From: Candidatus Poseidoniaceae archaeon
GTDB lineage: Archaea; Thermoplasmatota; Poseidoniia; Poseidoniales; Poseidoniaceae
Assembly (NCBI GenBank): GCA_045568435.1
Contig: JBJLBB010000003.1
Span: forward strand, 2,509-66,508
Reading direction: 5' to 3'
Length of the DNA stretch: 64,000 bases
Position numbers and translations under genes: made by a program. The notes beneath the pieces were generated by a model. It was not told the origin of the DNA and searched no databases. It worked only from the letters and a program-made list of their open reading frames with translations. Positions 8,619-18,093 of this stretch are shown here, piece after piece (the first letter of the stretch is position 1; every line of letters starts with the position of its first letter).

Positions 8619-9747
8619 GTCTTCCAAGACTTGCATGAACATGTTCGACCCATAGGCCACGGATATTCCATTTACAATCGTTTAACATTTGTCTGAAATC
8701 ATTCCATTCGCCATGTAGTAAGTTTATCTCCTGACTATCGATTTCGAGTTGGAGTTTCTTTACTTCAAGTGGTTGAATCGGTAAAATTAGTACCACTGCA
8801 GCATCATCGGCTGCAACATCACGGAAACTGTTTAGAGTGTTTTTTATCAATTCAAAATGTGATAAGGAACCATGAGAATTCCTACCATAAGGAGGATCTA
8901 GAACCAATCCAGAAATCTTTTGATGCCACCTTTTGGGTATCGAATTAGATAAGTCGGTAGCATCACCTCTGATAATTTCGACATTTTCTATTTGACTTAT
9001 TTCTTCACAATCCAATGCCCAAAGTATATTTTTTGAGGCACCATCGACCATTTCTTGTTCTAAATCAAGGGCGATAACATTTCTACCAATCAGCCCCGCT
9101 TCGATTAGAAAACCACCAGTTCCAGTCATCGGGTCTAAAACTGCATATTCATCCAATGGCCCTCCAGCCAGATTGACTGCTAATCTAGCAAGTTTTGGGT
9201 CTAAGCTTATCGGTTTGAAAAAAGGTCTTTCAGTAGCCCTTCTAGTGTTTGAGTTTTCCTCTTGAGAAATATAATCGATTAGCCAGCCACAAACAACTTT
9301 ACCACATGAACCATCTAATACTAGGCCCAGTTTATTATCGGGATTGTCCAAGTCAATAGTAAACCCATTTCTTCCAGCGATACCACCGATTAAGCCTGCG
9401 ATTTTGCTACCACTTAATCCATTGATTTTACCCTCTTGACGCCAATGAAATACTCCAAAAGAACCCTTTTTACCAGAATTTTCAATTTTATGTGAAACTT
9501 TAGAAATCAGTTCATCTAAGCAATCTTCACCACTCCAATCAATAATTACTGAATCATGTAAGATTGCTTGTATTCCACTACTATACTGGATAATATTGGC
9601 CGCATCTTGCAGATCTAATTCACCAGCAACTTCGACCAATCTTTGAGAATCTAAGGGTTTGATTTCATTGTCAGGAAATAGTGCTGATAATTCTGCTCTA
9701 GCAAGGGCAGGATGCCAACCACGCAAACACGCAATATTACCCGCCAT
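8584..9747 (-). CDS. THUMP-domain tRNA guanine-N2 methyltransferase (Trm-G10/Trm11/Trm14 family)
   Basis: Rossmann SAM motif LDPMTGTGGFLIEAG and catalytic LVLDPPYG in the C-terminal half. N-terminal THUMP-like region. Confidence 0.8.
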   Translation of the reverse strand: MAGNIACLRGWHPALARAELSALFPDNEIKPLDSQRLVEVAGELDLQDAANIIQYSSGIQAILHDSVIIDWSGEDCLDELISKVSHKIENSGKKGSFGVFHWRQEGKINGLSGSKIAGLIGGIAGRNGFTIDLDNPDNKLGLVLDGSCGKVVCGWLIDYISQEENSNTRRATERPFFKPISLDPKLARLAVNLAGGPLDEYAVLDPMTGTGGFLIEAGLIGRNVIALDLEQEMVDGASKNILWALDCEEISQIENVEIIRGDATDLSNSIPKRWHQKISGLVLDPPYGRNSHGSLSHFELIKNTLNSFRDVAADDAAVVLILPIQPLEVKKLQLEIDSQEINLLHGEWNDFRQMLNDCKWNIRGLWVEHVHASLGRLILHASNGPLN

Positions 9748-9833
9748 ACTACTGCCTCAACTTCCCCCTTCTTGACAAATTCGGCATTTCTACCAATGCG
9801 AATATACACATACTGTCACCTTTAGTGATAGTC

Positions 9834-10862
9834 ATGGGCTGTAATCTGCGCGACCTAGCATCGCCACAGAATATCGAATTAGAGTCACTTTCAGGAAAAA
9901 GAGTAGGAGTCGACGCGTTCCTCACCGCTTTTCAATTCCTGACTACCATCCGAGACAGATCACCTCAAGGTGATGGCGGTCCACTAAAGGCTGAGAATGG
10001 AAAGGTAGTATCCCATTTGATGGGATTTCTAAATCGAACCACTATGCTGTTGTCTAAAGGCATCAAGCCTGTGTTTATTTTTGATGGCAAATCTCCTGAT
10101 TTGAAAGCAGATGAACTAGCAATTCGTAGAGCAAGAAGGGACGAAGCACAGAAAATCCATGAGGAAGCCTTGGCTGCTGGAGACTTTGCACTAGCCCAAA
10201 AGATGGCTCAAAGAATAATGCATTACTCTCCAGAGATGGTACAAGAAACCAAGCAATTACTCGATTTACTCGGCGTACCGTGGGTTGACGCTAAAGCGGA
10301 AGGAGAAGGCCAAGCAGCGGTGATGGCAGCGATGGGTCAATTAGATGCAGTTGCAACACAAGATTGGGACGCTTTACTTTACGGAACACCAATTTTAATC
10401 AGGAACATGATGACCGATGGCACAAAACAACATGGTAGACTAGTTCATGCTCAAAAAATAAATTTGGAAGAACTATTGCAAGAGCATGAATTAACCAAGT
10501 CTCAATTGATTGATTTAGCAATAATGATTGGAACAGATTTCCATCCAGGAATTAGAGGTATTGGGCCAAAAACAGGTTTGAAATTGATCAAACTACATGG
10601 GACAATTGAAGAGATATGTGCTGTTAAAGACAAAGAAGTTCCAGAAAGGCTGGATGAAATAAGAGATATTTTCCATAATCATCCATCCAATGAAGTGGAC
10701 TCCGATAGTTTAGAACTCGGGACTATTGACCTTGAAGGTTTGAAACAGTTCCTTCAAATCGATAGACAATTCAGTCAGCGTAGAATGGATAATGCATTGG
10801 ATAAATTAAGAGAAGCCGGACTTATTCGTGAAGGTGGACAAACCTCATTATTTTCATTCTAA
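9834..10862 (+). CDS. fen: Flap endonuclease FEN1
   Basis: XPG N/I domains (GKRVGVDAF..., GIGPKTGLKLI H3TH). C-terminal PIP box QTSLFSF. ATG at 9834 preferred over the upstream GTG. Confidence 0.9.
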   Translation: MGCNLRDLASPQNIELESLSGKRVGVDAFLTAFQFLTTIRDRSPQGDGGPLKAENGKVVSHLMGFLNRTTMLLSKGIKPVFIFDGKSPDLKADELAIRRARRDEAQKIHEEALAAGDFALAQKMAQRIMHYSPEMVQETKQLLDLLGVPWVDAKAEGEGQAAVMAAMGQLDAVATQDWDALLYGTPILIRNMMTDGTKQHGRLVHAQKINLEELLQEHELTKSQLIDLAIMIGTDFHPGIRGIGPKTGLKLIKLHGTIEEICAVKDKEVPERLDEIRDIFHNHPSNEVDSDSLELGTIDLEGLKQFLQIDRQFSQRRMDNALDKLREAGLIREGGQTSLFSF

Positions 10863-10864
10863 CT

Positions 10865-11911
10865 TTAGTAGAATCTCAAAGGGCTTGCTAATACTTGAAC
10901 GCCTTTATGATTAGAAACAAGCCCTCTATCAATTGATTGTGGGTCGTTTAATGCTTCACTGATTGTATTTACCGGAGAGCAAGGGATTCCTTGTAGTAAA
11001 TCTTCTAAATCTTTCCGAGTTTTATTTTTGATTATCTCTGCGATACAGGTTTCAACATCATCTCTCGCTGCTATTCGACCAGAGTTTTCATTCCACTCAG
11101 GCCTTGTTTCAAGGCCAAGAATTCCAACTAATTTCTCCCATTGTAGGTCAGAACCAACTCCAATTACAAACCATCCATCCTCGACTTCAAAAGCTCTGTA
11201 AGGTACTAGGTTTGGATGTGCAGAACCCATTCTAGTAGGGTCTTTTCCACTCGCTAGCACATTATGTGCCTGATTCACTAGCGCTGCAATAGCACAATCC
11301 CAAAGGGAAATATCGATTTTTTTTGCTTCTCCAGTTTTCATTTTATGAAATAGAGCAGCCAATATCGCATTTGAGGCATTTAGTCCAGTTATTACGTCAA
11401 TCCAAGCCACTCCGACTTTGGCGGGTTGACCCTCAGCATCTCCAGTAATACTCATAATTCCCGAGCGAGCCTGAAGGGCAATATCATAACCAGGTTCATC
11501 TTTTCTTGGACCTGTTGAACCATAGGCTGATATTGAGCAGACAATAAGGTCATCAGGTAGTTTTCCTAGAAGCCTTTCTAGAGTTCCTGGTCTGAAATTT
11601 TCGACAAGAACATCAGCATCTTGAATCATTTCTATCACTTCATCTGCTTGATTTTTTAGATTCAAATTGATTATTTCTTTACCTCTATTACAAGATAAAA
11701 AGTAGGCTGCTACCTGTTTTCCGTCAAATCCGGCGGTAAATGGTGGGCCCCATTTTCTAGTATCATCGCCCCATGGAGCCTCTACTTTGATCACTTCTGC
11801 TCCTAAATCGGATAGCATTTGGGTGGCATAAGGTCCTGCTAAAACCCTTGAAAGATCTACTATTTTCACACCGTCAAGTATTCCGCTCATGTACGTGGCA
11901 CAAAGTCGCAT
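10865..11911 (-). CDS. Family III CoA-transferase (CaiB/BaiF/formyl-CoA transferase-like)
   Basis: N-terminus MSGILDGVKIVDLSRVLAGPYATQMLSDLGAEVIKVE is the typical CaiB/BaiF signature. The start may be the internal Met at 11890. Confidence 0.8.
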   Translation of the reverse strand: MRLCATYMSGILDGVKIVDLSRVLAGPYATQMLSDLGAEVIKVEAPWGDDTRKWGPPFTAGFDGKQVAAYFLSCNRGKEIINLNLKNQADEVIEMIQDADVLVENFRPGTLERLLGKLPDDLIVCSISAYGSTGPRKDEPGYDIALQARSGIMSITGDAEGQPAKVGVAWIDVITGLNASNAILAALFHKMKTGEAKKIDISLWDCAIAALVNQAHNVLASGKDPTRMGSAHPNLVPYRAFEVEDGWFVIGVGSDLQWEKLVGILGLETRPEWNENSGRIAARDDVETCIAEIIKNKTRKDLEDLLQGIPCSPVNTISEALNDPQSIDRGLVSNHKGVQVLASPLRFY

Positions 11912-11927
11912 GTGTTGAATTAATCCA

Positions 11928-13346
11928 TTACTCGGCTAAATGATATACATCATTAGAAGTTTCAGTTTCAAAAATAATCCATCTTTCATCTAGATAATTT
12001 GTTGTGTCATCGGTTAAAATTACCCATGAAATTTGGTTTTCTATCAATATCGAACTCCAATTCATACTTTCATCGGCCCAATAAGCAGTGATATTTCTAT
12101 CATGTCCCGGGTCAGTAGTTATCTGAAGAGTATACAGTCGATGCATTGCTAAAGGAGGGTCTGCAATATACAATATATTCTCCCCGTCTTCCATTTCATC
12201 ATATAATTCTTCACCAAGTTGTTCAATTCCGCGCTCAAATGTTAAGATATAAGAATTAATGATAATCATCAAAGCTATGACTATTGACATAAGGCTCTTA
12301 TTTTTATTCTCCTTTAATTTAATTGCAGGCTCTTTTTGTTTAGCCATCTGCGCCCACCAAAGAGGTACAGCAAGTACAGTGACATATCGATATATGTAGC
12401 TAAAACGGTCTTGAACAATTTCCCTTGATGCATTTAATGTATCCATTTCTACCAAGAATAACATCGCGATATAACCACATAAGCCTGCGAAAACAAACTG
12501 TGATAGAAGCGAAAGGTAATCAGATTCGTAACTATTTTGTTTGGAATTAGAGGTAAACAATAAAACTGCAATATAGAGATAGACTATCCCTGCAATAAAT
12601 ATTGTAATTGGTAGTATTATAATCAAATCTGAATGAATTTCACCCAGCCTCGTCCAAACAAGAATAACAGAGATGACGACAGTTATTGCTAGTAAAGTAA
12701 TATTATTCACCGGCTTATATCGAGGTCGATATAATTCCAAAGATAGAATTGGTAGGTACAAGTATAGTGCATATTTTACTGGTAAACCTTTGATTGAAAG
12801 TATTGAGGCAAGGAAAATCAAACATATTATTTGCCAAAATTTATTATTTTCTTTACGTAAAATTTTGACAATAGAATACAAAACTATAGTTGCACATAAT
12901 ATCACAATGCTTTCTTGATATAGCCTCCCAGTAGACCTAACCAGAGGCGAATAAATTGACAATATTGCGGTTAAAGCAAGAGCATTTTGACCGCCCCAAA
13001 GCGATTTGGTACAAAAATAAACTACACTCAAAGCAGAGAATGAGATTATCAAACCAAGAATATGAAGACTCAGCAAAGAGATGCCAAATATCGTGAACCA
13101 TACATCGATAATTCCATGCCAAACAAACCATTTATCATCAGCAGGTATTTCTTCTGCAACCGATTGATTGGAACCATCTATTCTTAGGTGCCCCCAATCT
13201 AAAGTGGAGTCTCCATCAGCGATCTTGTCACTAACATAGGTTGAATGGACGTGAGCATCAAGTCCCAATGGCATGAATACTGCTGCAAGAATTTGAAACA
13301 ATATTCCTATTGCGAGAATTGAAAACCAAATTCGCCTCTCTTGCAT
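11928..13346 (-). CDS. Polytopic membrane protein (about 12 TM; glycosyltransferase-39/ArnT-like topology possible)
   Basis: Many hydrophobic helices with a C-terminal soluble domain. No confident family assignment. Confidence 0.5.
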   Translation of the reverse strand: MQERRIWFSILAIGILFQILAAVFMPLGLDAHVHSTYVSDKIADGDSTLDWGHLRIDGSNQSVAEEIPADDKWFVWHGIIDVWFTIFGISLLSLHILGLIISFSALSVVYFCTKSLWGGQNALALTAILSIYSPLVRSTGRLYQESIVILCATIVLYSIVKILRKENNKFWQIICLIFLASILSIKGLPVKYALYLYLPILSLELYRPRYKPVNNITLLAITVVISVILVWTRLGEIHSDLIIILPITIFIAGIVYLYIAVLLFTSNSKQNSYESDYLSLLSQFVFAGLCGYIAMLFLVEMDTLNASREIVQDRFSYIYRYVTVLAVPLWWAQMAKQKEPAIKLKENKNKSLMSIVIALMIIINSYILTFERGIEQLGEELYDEMEDGENILYIADPPLAMHRLYTLQITTDPGHDRNITAYWADESMNWSSILIENQISWVILTDDTTNYLDERWIIFETETSNDVYHLAE

Positions 13347-13462
13347 AACAAGTTGTCACCACTCTTACCTTTGAGCATTGTTCACAATCAACTGGTAATA
13401 GGCGAGTTTCTCTAAACCTTGCTTTCGCTCAAGTCTTGAGAAAATCAGAATCTAATTCAGAT

Positions 13463-13699
13463 TCAATTATTCTTGTCGTTTTGAACTTGAACACGCACTG
13501 CTTGAGCAGAAGCCTTGCTGTCTTGCATAGCCTTACGTACGCGTGTACCAGCAGCGGAGTTACCCTTGTCATGCTTTGCAGCATCTACAAGTGTGGAAGT
13601 CAATTCATCAATCATATTTTGTACCATAGCCTCGACAGACATAAGAGCCCCCCAGTGAAATCGGTCTTTATGTGTTTTGCCGACATGGTTAATCGCCAA
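13463..13699 (-). CDS. Histone H1-like nucleoid protein, Hc1 family-like
   Basis: The 78-aa basic protein has KGNSAAGTRVRKAMQDSKASAQAVRVQ, which resembles the Chlamydia Hc1 core (KGNKAAAQRVRTESIKLEK). Confidence 0.55.
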   Translation of the reverse strand: MAINHVGKTHKDRFHWGALMSVEAMVQNMIDELTSTLVDAAKHDKGNSAAGTRVRKAMQDSKASAQAVRVQVQNDKNN

Positions 13700-13838
13700 A
13701 TCAAATAGATTAGCCCACAGGATGGCTTTTTTGATTCAAAAACAAAGATAATTTATCAAAATCTTATTTTTTCAAAGTTCGTTATTTTTAGAAGGGTTTG
13801 AAAGCCGAGCACCTTAGGAGTAACATGAGGGACTAATT

Positions 13839-16511
13839 GTGGGCTTTGAGTCTGACAGCGTTTTACCTGACCCTGACCCTATTTCTACTCAAGAATGGGT
13901 AGATTCTATTCTGGCTGTACAAGGCCAACATGGTAATGAAGAAGCAAGACGCTTACTACTTGCCACAATGTCTGCTGCAAAGTCTGCAGGAGTTGATATT
14001 GATGCTATTAATTCACCATACCTCAACACAATATCACCCAGTAGACAAGGTACATATCCTGGGAATCTAGAACTGGAAAAGAAATTGCATGAAGTAATCC
14101 GTTGGAATGCAATGATGATTGTAACTAGAGCGAACAAATATTTCGAAGGGATCGGTGGCCACATCTCCACATATGCATCCACGTCACATGCCTGGGAATC
14201 AGGATTCAACCACTTCTTTAGAGGCAAAGACGGTGATGGTTCTGGTGACCATGTATACTGGCAAGGACACGCCTCACCAGGTGTTTATGCAAGAGCCTGG
14301 CTCGAGGGAAGGCTTTCAAAAGATGAAATCGAAATGTTCCGTCAAGAAACTGGAGGCAAAGGACTCTCATCATACCCTCACCCTAGATTGATGCCAAACT
14401 TTTGGGAGTTCCCAAGTGTTAGTATGGGGCTTGGTGGTATGACAGCAATCCATCAAGCAAGATTCAATCGTTATCTTGAATCCAGAGGGCTATGCAATAC
14501 TACTGGCTCAAGAGTATGGTACACGATGGGTGATGGAGAATCAGATGAACCCGAATCCCTTTCGCAGTTATCTCTAGCAGCGCGTGAAGGATTAGATAAT
14601 ATAATCATGACAATGAATTGTAATTTACAGAGGCTCGACGGGCCCGTAAGAGGGAATTCAAAGATAGTTCAAGAATTAGAAGGTAGATTTAGAGGAGCTG
14701 GATGGAATGTCATCAAAGTTCTATGGGGGAGCAGTTGGGATGACTTATTCTCACGCGATAGCAAAGGATTACTTGCTTCTAGACTTAATTCACTTGTCGA
14801 TGGAGACGAGCAAAGAATTATGACATCAGATGGCTCAATTATCCGTAAAGAATTATTCAATACCCCTGAACTTTCAGAGTTAGTTTCACAATATTCGGAT
14901 GAAGATTTAGAGAATCTATGTGAAGATGTCGGCGGTCATGATTTTGTCAAACTACACGCAGCATATGCACAAGCAACCGCCCACAAAGGACAACCTACCG
15001 CGGTCATAATTAGAACCATCAAAGGTTATGGCCTTGGCCCAGCATTCGCTGGTAAAAATACTACGCACCAGAAGAAAAAAGCAGATATCGAAAGTATGAA
15101 ATTTATGCGTGACGATATGAATTTATCTTTCAGTGATGAAGATTTAGAAAATTACCCATTCATTAATCCCGAAGATGTTCCTGAGTTAGTCAAGTATGCT
15201 ATGTCTAGGCGCAAAGCATTACATGGCCCGGTTCCAGAGCGCCGTTCACCAAAATCTAATCTTGTAATGCCGGGTGATGAGGTTTATTCTGAATTTGATC
15301 AAGGAACGAAAGGAAAGATGCAAGTATCTACTACCATGGCTTTTGTTAGATTACTTAGAGGCCTGATGAAATCTAAAGAATTGGGACCTAATGTAGTCCC
15401 AATTATTCCAGACGAAGCCAGAACATTCGGTATGGACCCATTATTTTCAGAGTTTGGAATCTATCATCCTGAGGGTCAACTTTACACTCCTGTTGACCAC
15501 AAAGTCATTATGAAATACAAAGAATCAGAAGCAGGTCAATTATTCGAAGAAGGAATAAATGAAGCAGGAGCAACATCGACTTTCATTGCATCTGCAACTT
15601 CCTATTCAACACATGGACTACCTACAATTCCATTCTACATCTTCTATTCTATGTTTGGTTTTCAAAGAGTTGCAGATTTGATTTGGTCTGCAGCAGACCA
15701 ACGTGCAAGAGGATTCTTGATGGGAGCGACTTCTGGTCGAACCACATTGAATGGAGAAGGACTTCAACATCAAGATGGACATTCACTTCTAATGGCTCAT
15801 ACCAACCCATCAGTGAGAGCTTGGGACCCAGCATTTGCATATGAACTTGGGACAATTATTCAACATGGCATCAAGGAAATGTTCGAACAAGATGTAGATG
15901 TGATGTATTATATCGCTGTTTACAATGAAAACTACCCAATGCCTGCTAAGCCGAAAAATGTCGATGAAGGAATAATTAGAGGACTATACAAATTACGTGG
16001 CGCTCCTAAAGGAGATGGACCAATAGTACGCTTACTCGGCTCAGGCCCCATAATGCTACAAGTATTAGATGCGGTAGAGAAATTGGAAGAATTTGGTATA
16101 CGAAGTGAAATATGGTCTGCAACCTCATATGGTGAATTACGTCGTGATGGACTTGAATGTGAAAGATGGAACCGCCTCAATCCTAGCGAACCAGAGAAAC
16201 AATCATGGGTTCAAGAAAAGCTAGGCTCCTCCAAAGACCCAATTATAGCGGTATCAGATAATATGGCAGCAGTACCAGATATGGTTAGACAATGGATGCC
16301 CGATGATTATACAGTGCTAGGTACCGATGGTTTTGGGCGCTCTGATACCAGAGAAGCACTAAGGAGATTCTTCGAAATCGATGGGGAATCAATTACCTTA
16401 GCAGCGATATCTAGGCTCGTTCGAAAAAATATTATCGATTCAAAGGTTTATGATAAGGCTGTAAAGAAATTCAAAGTAAGTACAGAACGGCATGATATAA
16501 CTGAGATTTAA
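13839..16511 (+). CDS. aceE: Pyruvate dehydrogenase E1 component, homodimeric AceE type (TPP-dependent)
   Basis: YTMGDGESDEPESLSQLSLAAREGLDNIIMTMNCNLQRLDGPVRGN nearly matches the E. coli AceE TPP motif. 890 aa. GTG start. Confidence 0.9.
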   Translation: MGFESDSVLPDPDPISTQEWVDSILAVQGQHGNEEARRLLLATMSAAKSAGVDIDAINSPYLNTISPSRQGTYPGNLELEKKLHEVIRWNAMMIVTRANKYFEGIGGHISTYASTSHAWESGFNHFFRGKDGDGSGDHVYWQGHASPGVYARAWLEGRLSKDEIEMFRQETGGKGLSSYPHPRLMPNFWEFPSVSMGLGGMTAIHQARFNRYLESRGLCNTTGSRVWYTMGDGESDEPESLSQLSLAAREGLDNIIMTMNCNLQRLDGPVRGNSKIVQELEGRFRGAGWNVIKVLWGSSWDDLFSRDSKGLLASRLNSLVDGDEQRIMTSDGSIIRKELFNTPELSELVSQYSDEDLENLCEDVGGHDFVKLHAAYAQATAHKGQPTAVIIRTIKGYGLGPAFAGKNTTHQKKKADIESMKFMRDDMNLSFSDEDLENYPFINPEDVPELVKYAMSRRKALHGPVPERRSPKSNLVMPGDEVYSEFDQGTKGKMQVSTTMAFVRLLRGLMKSKELGPNVVPIIPDEARTFGMDPLFSEFGIYHPEGQLYTPVDHKVIMKYKESEAGQLFEEGINEAGATSTFIASATSYSTHGLPTIPFYIFYSMFGFQRVADLIWSAADQRARGFLMGATSGRTTLNGEGLQHQDGHSLLMAHTNPSVRAWDPAFAYELGTIIQHGIKEMFEQDVDVMYYIAVYNENYPMPAKPKNVDEGIIRGLYKLRGAPKGDGPIVRLLGSGPIMLQVLDAVEKLEEFGIRSEIWSATSYGELRRDGLECERWNRLNPSEPEKQSWVQEKLGSSKDPIIAVSDNMAAVPDMVRQWMPDDYTVLGTDGFGRSDTREALRRFFEIDGESITLAAISRLVRKNIIDSKVYDKAVKKFKVSTERHDITEI

Positions 16512-16551
16512 TCCATCGACGATTCAATAATCTAAATCCTCTACGGAGTCT

Positions 16552-16860
16552 ATGGCGCTAGTACTTGTGATGGTAACATTTCCCGATGATGATTCTGCTA
16601 AATCGATGATAGAAAAAGTGCTTGAACAAAGATTAGCAGCATGTATACTTCACATGGAAGTCAACTCCTCATACATTTGGAAAAACCAAAATCAACAGGA
16701 ACAAGAAGTGTTGGCTCTATTCAAAACCAACCAAACTAATTTCGAACAACTTGAACAATATATTTCTACTCATCACCCTTATGATGTTCCTGCAATTCTA
16801 AAGATTGATGCATCGGCGAACCAAGATTATCAAAACTGGATTGATAGTATAATCTCTTGA
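16552..16860 (+). CDS. cutA: Divalent-cation tolerance protein CutA
   Basis: MALVLVMVTFPDDDSAKSMIEKVLEQRLAACI, about 100 aa; CutA1 fold signature. Confidence 0.85.
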   Translation: MALVLVMVTFPDDDSAKSMIEKVLEQRLAACILHMEVNSSYIWKNQNQQEQEVLALFKTNQTNFEQLEQYISTHHPYDVPAILKIDASANQDYQNWIDSIIS

Positions 16861-16904
16861 TTTGGATTTTTGACTAAGGTACTAAAACGCGCGTCCTAGA
16901 GTGT

Positions 16905-17861
16905 TTGTTATCCGATTGGATTATGAAGCCGCGCGACGCAGATGTTTCTATGACAAGAAAGAAGGGGACAAAAAAGACGTCCTCTAGTCAAACTTCGAGT
17001 TTTGGAGTTTCCAAACGTGAAGGTCATGATTCTTCCAAGTATTATGATACAAAAATGTATCAAGGAATTCCTAAGCAAAGCGATGTAGGAGACCCACAAG
17101 AATTTCCAGAATTCTTGAGAGATAGTCTGATTTGTGGTGATTCAAGAGACATGAGTATGATACCACCAAATAGTGTTCAATTGATGGTTACTTCACCACC
17201 ATATAATGTGACTAAGGAATATGATGAAGACCTCAGCCTCCAAGAATACCTCAACATGTTACGAGGGGTTTTCAGTGAAACATACCGTGTTCTAGCACCA
17301 GGGGGTAGGGCGATAATAAATATCGCAAATGTTGGAAGAAAGCCCTACATTCCGCTGACAAGTTATGTCAATATGATAATGCTTGAACTAGGTTTTCTCA
17401 TGCGAGGCGAAGTGATTTGGGATAAATCAGCATCAGCCGGTTCAAGTACTGCTTGGGGGTCTTTCAAATCAGCTTCTAACCCATGTCTTAGAGATGTACA
17501 TGAATACATATTGATCTATTCAAAAGGTTCATTCAAACTCGATAGAACAAAACAGGAGAGGGCTGAAGGAAGAGATGATACAATTGAGAAACAAGAGTTC
17601 ATCGATTTGACCAAATCAATTTGGCGATTTCCAACAGCATCAGCAAAACGAATAGGGCATCCTGCACCGTTCCCAAATGAGTTGCCTCGTAGATGTATTG
17701 AATTTTATACATTCAAGGGAGATGTTGTTCTAGACCCATTTATTGGTTCAGGTTCAACCGCATGTGCTGCTAAAACTACTGGAAGAAGTTACATTGGTTA
17801 TGACATTAGTCAAGATTATATTGAATTGGCCGAACAGAGAATCAATCAATTAGATGAATAA
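16905..17861 (+). CDS. Beta-class DNA amino-methyltransferase (N6-adenine or N4-cytosine)
   Basis: Catalytic motif VTSPPYNV precedes the SAM motif DPFIGSGSTACAA, the circularly permuted beta-class order (M.PvuII/M.RsrI-like). Confidence 0.8.
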   Translation: MLSDWIMKPRDADVSMTRKKGTKKTSSSQTSSFGVSKREGHDSSKYYDTKMYQGIPKQSDVGDPQEFPEFLRDSLICGDSRDMSMIPPNSVQLMVTSPPYNVTKEYDEDLSLQEYLNMLRGVFSETYRVLAPGGRAIINIANVGRKPYIPLTSYVNMIMLELGFLMRGEVIWDKSASAGSSTAWGSFKSASNPCLRDVHEYILIYSKGSFKLDRTKQERAEGRDDTIEKQEFIDLTKSIWRFPTASAKRIGHPAPFPNELPRRCIEFYTFKGDVVLDPFIGSGSTACAAKTTGRSYIGYDISQDYIELAEQRINQLDE

Positions 17862-17895
17862 TTTTCTTTATACAGTGTAGACTTTTCATACTAAT

Positions 17896-18093
17896 ATGAA
17901 ATACATTATACTTTCAGATGAGACTTTGGAGCCCAAAGAACTTGGAATCATTAATATGAAAATTTTCGATAAGAAATCGGGACTAATTGCGCGTGTTTCA
18001 GAAATGATTTGCGCCGGTTGGAGCCCTCAAGGCGGAGTCTCTTACGGCGATGGCAAATTTCTTCAAGCACTGATTATGCAAGAAGAGGAATAA
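17896..18093 (+). CDS. Hypothetical small protein downstream of the methyltransferase
   Basis: 65-aa ORF with no recognisable motif. Confidence 0.3.
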   Translation: MKYIILSDETLEPKELGIINMKIFDKKSGLIARVSEMICAGWSPQGGVSYGDGKFLQALIMQEEE

